Below are positions 55,659-64,000 of a DNA stretch of 64,000 bases, piece after piece (positions within the stretch are counted from its first letter, which is position 1; each line of letters opens with the position of its first letter). The notes beneath the pieces were generated by a model, which saw only the letters and a list, made by a program, of their open reading frames with translations, searched no databases and was not told the origin of the DNA. Origin of the DNA: Octopus vulgaris (lineage: Eukaryota); assembly GCA_951406725.2 (NCBI GenBank), contig OX597816.1, positions 78,120,001-78,184,000 on the forward strand, read 5' to 3'. Both the position numbers and the translations under genes were made by a program.

Positions 55659-55822
55659 AGAATACCACTACATGACGTGCAAACATAAGAGCCAATAGTC
55701 ATATTCACATAGGTTGGTCCACGTTGGTGACAGTCAAAGCACTGTTTATTTTGAGACAGAGCTACCATATCACGTAACATTTTAAGGTGTTTTTCATCTT
55801 GACGTCTCTTGTTAGTCGCCAT
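55659..55822 (-). CDS. AGFG1: ArfGAP with FG repeats protein (AGFG1/HRB/drongo-like), coding exon 1
   Basis: Encodes MATNKRRQDEKHLKMLRDMVALSQNKQCFDCHQRGPTYVNMTIGSYVCTSCSGI, an ArfGAP CxxC-x16-CxxC zinc finger closely matching the AGFG1 N-terminus. Good Kozak context (AAGATGG). Ends with CT|GTAAGT donor, phase 2. Confidence 0.95.
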
Positions 55823-55826
55823 CTTG
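55815..55826 (-). promoter_or_regulatory. YY1-like motif overlapping the start codon
   Basis: CAAGATGGCGAC versus YY1 consensus CAAGATGGCGGC. Confidence 0.4.
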
Positions 55827-55901
55827 CTATACGAGAAACTAAAACAGCGTTCCGTATGTCTACAAGTGTATCCAAGGGAGGTAAAACTAACTTGAAAGGC
55901 A

Positions 55902-55920
55902 CAGCCAGCAGGGGGCGATA
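55902..55920 (+). promoter_or_regulatory. CTCF-like binding motif ~80-100 bp upstream of the AGFG1 ATG
   Basis: CAGCCAGCAGGGGGCGATA versus consensus TGGCCACCAGGGGGCGCTA; a GC-rich patch in an AT-rich background. Confidence 0.6.
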
Positions 55921-56276
55921 GTAGTAGCAATTCATTCTTAAAACGTGTTTGTAGTAAAAACTTTTGTAACAACTTCCAAAAACTGTGTCATGTCGAGATG
56001 AATCTAAATCACACACATTGATCCCATGCGAGCCATAGAAAATATATTTTGAATAAAAAATACATTTCTGAATTTTGTAGTATGCATTTTTTTTTATCAC
56101 ATATGTAAAAGCTTGTAAATATAATATATATAGAATAAAATAAGACATAAGATTGTTTCGAAGTCACTATCAACCATTTCCTTATAAAAGTTTATATTAC
56201 TCTACTAAAAAGTATTCAACAATTCTTCATTTTAACGTTGAATTATTTTTATATATAACTTGACAAAAACAAACTC

Positions 56277-56346
<70 letters not shown>

Positions 56347-56369
56347 ATATGTATATATATATATATATA
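56277..56369. repeat. (ATCT)n plus (TA)n microsatellite
   Basis: Direct reading; abuts the Helitron 5' end. Confidence 0.95.
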
Positions 56370-56754
56370 TCTTCTCTCTATATAAACGGCAGTTTGTCTG
56401 TGCGTGTTTCTGTGTGTCTGTTAGGTTGTACCCTCACCCTGACCACGGCTTTCAACCGATTCTGATGAAACTTGACACACACATAGCCCAATGTCATAAT
56501 TCAAAACTAACGCAGCGAAAATTTTGAAAAGTTCCCCCAGTTCTGAAAAAAATCGATAAATTCGACATGGGGTCGACAATCAGAAACACAAACCACAGAC
56601 TGTCTAGGGGACGCAACTCCACCTTTTTAACTCTCAAAAAAATTTACCCTCATTTTTTTTTCCATTTTTTTGCTATTTTTTGGCTATAACTCTTTAAAAA
56701 TGCTTTATAGTTATTTCCCTTACAAACCCGAGCAACGCCGGGCGATACTGCTAG
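56370..56754 (+). mobile_element. Non-autonomous Helitron
   Basis: A|TC start; 3' hairpin CCCGAGCAACGCCGGG followed by CTAG|T; 3' end shared with 60842-61863. Confidence 0.8.
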
Positions 56755-57169
56755 TATATATATATATATAAAGAGAGAGAGGCTGTGATGCAGATAAACA
56801 CAGTTAGGCCTGACATGTATATACATATTTATATATACACATAGACACATATATCAAGATATTTTCAAAACAATGAACTCATAAATACACATACATACAT
56901 TTGAATAAAAGAAGGTTAGAAATACTGATTGCCAAAGATGACAGCGAAAGCTTAAAAAACCAGTGGGTGGCAAGCGGTATTTTTACCCTTCTTTATTCAA
57001 ATATTTAATTTTATACCTACTAAGGTAGCAGTCTAGCTAACCGCCTCATTATTACCACTTTTAACAGCAATAATGCTTTTTTATAGTTACTTTTTTATTT
57101 TATATATATATATACAGATACATTTCCATAGAGTATAAAAATAAATAGAAGGAAATACATAATTTCTTA

Positions 57170-57266
57170 ACTCGACAGCTGTTTCAGGAAGCTCATATTC
57201 ATGTAATAATCGTAATGTTCATAATCTTTTATTAAAAATATTGAATCCTTTTATCAACAGAGATAA
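57170..57266 (-). ncRNA. Degenerate hammerhead-like motif
   Basis: CUGuUGA..AGGA...UCCU-GAAAC-AGCU-GUC-GAG; core mutated. Confidence 0.35.
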
Positions 57267-57672
57267 TAATTTCATATATATATATATTAAAACCACATTA
57301 ACTGCAAATCCAGAACCAAGGGAAACACAAATATGAATGAAGAAAAAAAAAGAAGAAAGAAAAGAAAACATCAATTCATAATTTACAGATTGAATGAACG
57401 AAAAGTCTTGGGTATGCAACCAGTAAACAGTCACACAGATATATTACCATAAGTTTGGCTCCCAAGCTTGCTAGTGTTTATCTGCATTACTAAATTCAAT
57501 ATCAACATGCCTTGGATCTCCTTATAACCACTCTTGATGCCATGGATCTAGTCCTGGATGAAGAAGTCATAGTTTAAGTTTAAATTAATGTGAGTACTGT
57601 TATGTGTTTTCTATATTAAGCATATCTAGCACTCATCTATAATCTGTATGCATCATATACATATGTTTATTT

Positions 57673-58147
57673 ATAAAACCATATGAGATATGAGAGGTAA
57701 ATGTGTATTTATTTAGCAATGTGATTTCTATAAGGGTTACAACTATTTCGCTACCTTCTTCATGTCATACTAATATCTGTATGGAAGAAATTATGTGTAC
57801 ATGTTTGCATTAATATATATGCTCAGCATTATACAGTTCAATAGTAAATTCACAAATTAATGCAAATAAAGAAAGCTAGCTCATCAGATCATTTGAACGT
57901 GAGTTGAAATACTGGTGTAACTATGATGTTCCAATTATCTAATGAGCACGCTTTCTTGATTTGCATTAATCTTTGGATATACAGTTGTATTGTATAATGC
58001 TGAACATATATAATGCAAACATGTACCTATAATTTCTTCCATAGTGAAATTAATACTACTTAAAGAAGGTTGCAAAATGGCTGTAATCCCATGGAAGTTG
58101 CATCATTAAATAAATATATATTTACCTCTCACGTCTCATGATTTTAT
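57673..58147. repeat. Older fold-back element (~230-bp arms, ~12-nt loop)
   Basis: TGAGAGGTAAAT/ATTTACCTCTCA, ATGGAAGAAATTAT/ATAATTTCTTCCAT, CAGCATTATACA/TGTATAATGCTG and ATTAATGCAAAT/ATTTGCATTAAT are nested symmetrically. Confidence 0.85.
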
Positions 58148-58149
58148 GG

Positions 58150-59250
58150 TTTTTTACACTGCCGTCGACTGGATCTTCTGGATTTTCAGTCACATGGACA
58201 TTCTATGTTACACTTCTTTGTAATTGATTACAATATGGAATGATAGCCAAGTCCATATCAGGAGCTTTCTGAGATATCTGCATGATTCTCTGAATCCACA
58301 TCTTATATATGTATGCACCAAATGGTTTGCATGAGTGCAGACATAGTCAACATTACAGGTGAAAAGAAAGGTATTATTACATGAATTGGAGAGTCATCAG
58401 GTGAGACTGGGTTTCAAAATCATGGGTGTGGCTGCAGAGGTGATGAAGGCAGAGGAATTTTGAATAGGAAATTCAAGGTGGTTGAAGTGGTGGGAGATGA
58501 AGTCAAGATAAGAGTGGAAGGTGGTTCTTTTATAGAAAGCAGACATGGAGAGGAAGTTGTTTAGATAATCTAACGGTAACAGAGATTTTAAGGAAATTGA
58601 CAGAGAGAGAGGGAAGACAGTAGAAGAAGTGAACTCAAAGTTTAAGAGGATGCAATTGATGAGGGTGGTGAGTTTAGTATGGATGAGCAGACATGGAGAG
58701 GAAGTTGTTTAGATAATCTAACAGTAACAGAGATTTTAAGGAAATTGACAGAGAGAGAGGGAAGACAGTAGAAGAAGTGAACTCAAGGTTTAAGAGGATG
58801 CAATTGATGAAGGTGGTGAGTTTAGTATGGATGAGCAGACATGGAGAGGAAGTTGTTTAGATAATCTAACGGTAACAGAGATTTTAAGGAAATTGACAGA
58901 GAGAGAGGGAAGACAGTAGAAGAAGTGAACTCAAGGTTTAAGAGGATGCAATTGATGAAGGTGGTGAGTTTAGTATGGATGAAAAAGGTGGCTCCAGTAT
59001 AATCATCAATGTGCCTACCAGATAGTTTAGGAACGGGACCAGTGAACTGGGCAAAGATTTGAGCCACAACTGAACCTACAAAAAGGCTAGCATAGTTTGG
59101 GCCCACCCTGGTTCTAACAGTTTCTTCAGTGACCTGCGGGTAAAATTTGCTGTTGAAAGAGAAACAATTCAAAGTAAATTCAAGCTCTGCAAGGCAGAGG
59201 AGACTAGAGGTGTTGGGCTTGAGGACAATGTGATAGACTCAGAAGTACTT
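58150..59250 (-). mobile_element. Decayed Penelope-like retroelement (RT plus GIY-YIG remnant)
   Basis: NCFSFNSKFYPQ...GPNYASLFVG...RHIDD (PLE RT: GP.YANLF, RYIDD) and ISYSKFLCLHHLCS (IPYSQFLRL..LCS). Confidence 0.8.
58539..58982. repeat. 148-bp tandem triplication
   Basis: GCAGACATGGAGAGGAAGTTG starts at 58539, 58687 and 58835; copies differ at only a few bases. Confidence 0.95.
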
Positions 59251-59689
59251 GAGAGAGAGAAGACCATCATAGTTATCATCATACAAGTGTCATTAACGCA
59301 TTCTGCAATGCCTGTAATATCATTTGCATCTTTGCACTCATGCTCTGTACCCCTCACCTTTGACCATTCACCTTTTCCCCCTTACCTTCCACATTTAGTA
59401 GTAAAGATCCTTTTTGTATTATAAGTTACAAGGCAAATTCACTTGTGAATGTGTGTGTGTGCACATACACATGTGTGTGTGAGTGCACATGCATGTCTAT
59501 GTGTTTTTTTGAGTGTGTGTATGGGTTTGCTTACTACACTGTTTGTACCCATGTCTTTTACTTATTTTTTTTTGTTTTTTTATTCATTTATTTATTTACT
59601 TTTTTTTTCTCACAGTCTTAAGTATGTGTCTTGTGTGTGTATACTATTTCCAATGTACACGGAAGTAGTAATTAGCTCAACATGTGAGA

Positions 59690-60000
59690 AAGGAGCAATA
59701 AAATACTTGCTAATCAATGAGTGTACTCAGTGCAAATGAGAGCACAAAAGATACTGTGGGCCTCTGGGGAATTGACAAGGAATCAAGAATTCAAATTTGA
59801 GGAGGTAGGAGTGCACATAAAATATACTTGAATATTCATGAAATATTCGATGGTTCACTTGAGGTAACAGATAAATTTGGTCATTTAGGTTACATAATTA
59901 GAGATAGATGGGGTTGTATTGACTATATGTAGTTTGAGTAAGAAAGAAGTGAAAGAAGTTCATGAAGCTATTACTTTTGTTGGCAACAAAGGGTTTTTGA
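59690..60000 (+). mobile_element. Old RTE fragment (PHD plus RT thumb)
   Basis: CTQCK..HKR, LEVTDKFGHLG, KFMKLLLLLATKG. Confidence 0.6.
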
Positions 60001-60841
60001 AACATTGCTTGGCAACAGCTTCACCCTTTCTCCATTGAATGAGCAAGAAAACTATTAACCAATAAGGAAGTCTCTATATCAGACAAAGGCAAGATGCAGC
60101 CAGTGGGACTTTCAGAATGGTATACCAATACAAAATTACCTTGAATATGTTTAATAGAGTAGCTCATCTGATGATAAACCAAGACTCATGTGGCCCACTT
60201 CTCAAAAAAAGTTGCCCATGGCTGCTCTGTAGAATGACTCTACCTACTGGAAATAACAACCAAATAATCCTCATACTATTTTTAAAATGAAATACACACT
60301 GGATAATGTAATCTTAGGTACACTATACTTATAAAAACAGTTATCATGATTGGAAGTGTTTAGGTCAAATATTTGTTTGATTAGGGCTGATTTATAGCTA
60401 AAGAACAACAATAACAAACAAACGTACTCTACCTTGATTTCAACTCACTTTATAACAATGGCAACAAATTTTATCTTCATACAAAAAAAGTGAAGCAGTA
60501 ATAGTAATAGTGAGTGTGATGAAGCATGATAATGAGGTGTGGGCATTGAATGAAGAAGTTCTATGAAAGTGGAAGAGAAATGAATTGAATATGATTCATT
60601 GAATGTGTTTATTGACTTATGTATGAATAACACACATAGGCTGAGAGAGTGACAGACCATTAAAGGTAAGAGTTGACATAACTGGAGAGATGACTGTACT
60701 GGTATTAATATGAAATATTGAAGATGAATATTAGGAAAATAGGTGTACTGCCTGGGACATAGGTAGAATACTGCCAAATCAGCTATGACTGAGTAGACCT
60801 ACAATCAAAAGAAGTCCAGCTTTGAACATTCCATATTTATA

Positions 60842-61863
60842 TCTATATATATAAAACTGTAGTTGTGTGAGTGTCTGTCCCCTTCGATTTAGATTCCTAA
60901 CTACTCCCACATTTTGCGGGAGTAGTTAGGAATACCAAATTCGGGTATCTTATAGTCGTGATTCATATCGAGCCTGTCTGGGTATTAGTGCGCGTCTACG
61001 ATGAGTCTACAATTTTAAAAATAATTTAACATAATTTTTTATTCCATTTTAATGCATATTTTTTCATGTGTCGATGGCGGCGGAGTTGGCGTCCACGCTC
61101 AAACACCTGCACCTGTGTTGCTTCTCCCCCTTCTTCCCTCCCTCGTGAAGCTGTGGGGAAGGGAGTGTAAGGAAATCAACGTCGTAATGCGTTGTCAAGG
61201 AGACCAGCGTTCTTTCAGAACAACGACTTCATGGCTTGAAGTCGCCAAAACAGAAATCGCTAAAAAAACTGAAACAGATACACAAAAACGGCAATTACCG
61301 CCACACAGGGCAGGTTTCCTGTGCAAACAATTTGCACAACCGAATGTTTTAGTTGTTGCACAAATCTTTATATATAAAAGTAAGGTTGTGTGTCTGTCTC
61401 CTACGATTTAGATTCCTAACTACTCCCACATTTTGCGGTGCAGTGTAACCAAAACCGGGTATCTTATAGTTGTGATTCATATCGAACCCTTCTGGGTATT
61501 AGCGCGCGTCTACGATGAGTCTATGATTTAAAAAAAATTTACCATCATTTTTTATTCCATTTTAATGCATTTTTCGCTATTATATAAGGGAAGTAACTCT
61601 CTAAAAATGTCTACGATGAATCAACGATTAAAAAAAAAATTACCATCATTTTTTATTCCATTTTAATGCATTTTTCGCTATTTTATAAGGGAAGTAACTC
61701 TCTAAAAATGTCTACGATGAGTCAACGATTTAAAAAAAAAATTACCATCATTTTTAATTCCATTTTTAATGCCTTTTTTGCTATTTTTTTGCTATAACTC
61801 ACTAAAAATGCTTATATAGTTATTTCCCTTACAAACCCGAGCAACGCCGGGCGATACTGCTAG
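60842..61863 (+). mobile_element. Composite non-autonomous Helitron
   Basis: Two 5' ends (TC at 60842 and 61365), internal ~100-bp tandem repeats at 61508-61800, and one 3' hairpin plus CTAG|T. Confidence 0.85.
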
Positions 61864-62188
61864 TTTTAATACAAAATGTATCTATTAGTTGATCAAATAG
61901 GACTACATTAGATGATAAGGTGTGATTTAAGAAAGATTTGGTTGATATTTCCAACAGGTAAACTGTCCACAAAGACTCTCACACAATGCATGGTTACAGA
62001 TGAAGGCAAGTAGTGATATGCCATATAACAGACAAGTCCAAATCATGTCAACAATGACAAAATAAGAAATAGCTTTAACTGATAATAAATATTAAGTTTT
62101 GCTGATTGAAGCTTATCTCTGCTCTATAAAATTCATGATTTGTTTTAAGTTGGAAGTTGTGATGTTCATGCTTTGTTAAATGCAATAA

Positions 62189-62409
62189 TCCTTTAGCATT
62201 CAGATTACTCTGTCTAATGTAATGCTTATTTATTCATATCGTTTTGAATTAATTATGCATTATCTTTTAGCTTTGCAATTTCGATGATGTGATTGTTTAT
62301 TTTCAGAATGACAAATCAGGATATGATTGAGAAGCAGGATCAGGTCAGTTTAAACATAAAACAGGTAGAATATTTGGGCCAGATATGGCTGGTTCAAATG
62401 CTAAAAGGG
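62189..62409. mobile_element. piggyBac-like MITE
   Basis: ATAA|TCCTTTAGCATT...AATGCTAAAAGGG|TTAA. Confidence 0.65.
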
Positions 62410-63588
62410 TTAATGCTAAAAATGAAGTGAAATGGTTATAAACCCAGTCAGCTGAAAGCTTACCTCTGCACTTCAGCACTAATAACTTAAGTATTCAGTA
62501 CAAATGCTACTTATTATTATACCAAGAGTAATAAATGAATATTGCTTTAACTAGGAGCACAACACAGTGGTTGACATAAGATATAGATTTATGACTATGT
62601 GGTCAATATTCCAGGCCATTAAGCTCATAACTATTTTTCAATAAATAAAGTTTTTAACAAAAATCAGAGCTTGATAACATGCATGATTATTGAATCTACA
62701 TATTTAGCATTATGACTATTGTACATGAGAGCACCAATGAGAAATATGATAGTTACTTTAGATGCAAAATCAAGAAAATTTAAATCTCAGAAATGACATT
62801 GGTTTTATATTCCTATATAAATCTATGATTCAAGTATTCAAGTTAAAATAATTTCCCAGTTTGGATATGTGGGGGAAAAGAGAGACCAGAATCTTGATGA
62901 TTCAAGTAAAGCCCTTCAAGTGACTAACAAAATTATTCAAAAAATGTTTATGTTAGCATAGAGATATATCCACAAAAAAAGAAAAAAAAAAGAGATGGGA
63001 AAGTATGGTAAAGACAGGGGAGATAACCAAGTTAAAGGCACATTGATAGAAGGTCAGTGACCAGAGTAAGAGTGAAATTTGGAGAGGAAGGACAATAATG
63101 AATTAAACAGAGGGTAATATGCATCCTAGATGAGGAAAGTGGGATAAAATTTGAAACTGATATTGAAACAATATGATTATGTAAACATGTGTATCAACTG
63201 TACCAATGTACATAAACACATTAATACAATAAATTTAGGAAAATAGAAATGATTTTTTATTTGTTTTGACAAGAAAATGTAATGCACAGAAGTAGGAAGC
63301 AAGAATCTGTGTCAGTATGTATATGTATACAAGTTTTCTGAAGGTTCGAAGTAGCACTGCATTAGAAAAAATGTATTAGGGAGGAATTATAAAGGTAAAG
63401 AAGAAGGTCACTACTGGGTAAGATGGGTGTTTGTTAATGGAGCAGGAAAAAGTGGCAACATTTATCACCATAATGCAGTGAGGAAGAGTGAAGTTTAGAT
63501 AAGATGGGGATATATGTATGTAAATATATATGTAGAAGGTTAAAAAGGAACACACGAGTTGATATATATGGAAAAGTCAAGGTAGAAC

Positions 63589-63890
63589 ATGCTAAAATAT
63601 GGCAGTGTCTGCTATAGCCTAGTCACCCATATAGTTAAACAGGTGATACATGAAGGAGTCATGCCCAATGACTGGTGTAGCAGCACCATAATCAACTGCT
63701 ACAAAGGTAAAGGTGACGCTTTAGATACAAATAATTACAGAGGTATCATGTTGTTAGATCAAGTAATGAAGGTCACAGAGAGGGTCATGATCGTTGCTAA
63801 GCATGATCGTTGCCAGGGCTGCTGACTGGCTCCTGTGCCAGTGGCATGTAAAAAGCACCATTCGAGTGTGATTGTTACCAGTGTCGCCTT
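63589..63890 (+). mobile_element. Internally deleted RTE fragment
   Basis: MLK...PNDWCSS...NYRGIMLLDQVMKVTERV (equivalent to 20943-21145) joined directly to 3' UTR array units. Confidence 0.85.
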
Positions 63891-63892
63891 AC

Positions 63893-64000
63893 TACCCACA
63901 TAGAACTTGTTGCATTTGTTACATTGTATTCTATAGTGTATAGAATACAATGTAACAAATGTAGCAAGTTCTATGTGGGTAGCACAACAAGACCATTCTA
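63893..64000 (+). mobile_element. Penelope-like GIY-YIG endonuclease fragment preceded by its own inverted copy
   Basis: Plus strand IVYRIQCNKCSKFYVGSTTRPF; 63893-63983 forms a hairpin with ~43-bp arms. Confidence 0.8.

Noticed and set aside
55823-55972. N-terminal extension of the 105-aa ORF
   Set aside because: It starts at a non-ATG codon; homology and Kozak context begin at ATG 55822.

Overview
AT-rich eukaryotic DNA, most likely an Octopus (coleoid cephalopod) genome, judged from its SINE/RTE repeat families. One host gene is present on the minus strand: an AGFG1/HRB (drongo-like) ArfGAP gene. Coding exon 1 (55659-55822) splices in phase across a ~55.5 kb intron to coding exon 2 (57-150), and the gene continues off the left edge. 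A CTCF-like and a YY1-like motif lie at its 5' end. The rest is transposon debris: RTE LINEs with a PHD finger inside the RT and a hairpin-array 3' UTR, three Tc1 elements, one mariner, a decayed Ty3/gypsy provirus, Helitrons, tRNA-SINEs, MITEs and Penelope-like (PLE) remnants. The most interesting signal is a recurring class of fold-back elements (16360-16709; 20393-23937, split by an RTE; 57673-58147; 63893-63983). In the first three, the arms carry outward-facing type I hammerhead ribozyme cores in various states of decay. The fourth is a mirror copy of a PLE GIY-YIG exon fragment. All calls were made by eye; TE boundaries are approximate unless TIRs or LTRs are quoted.
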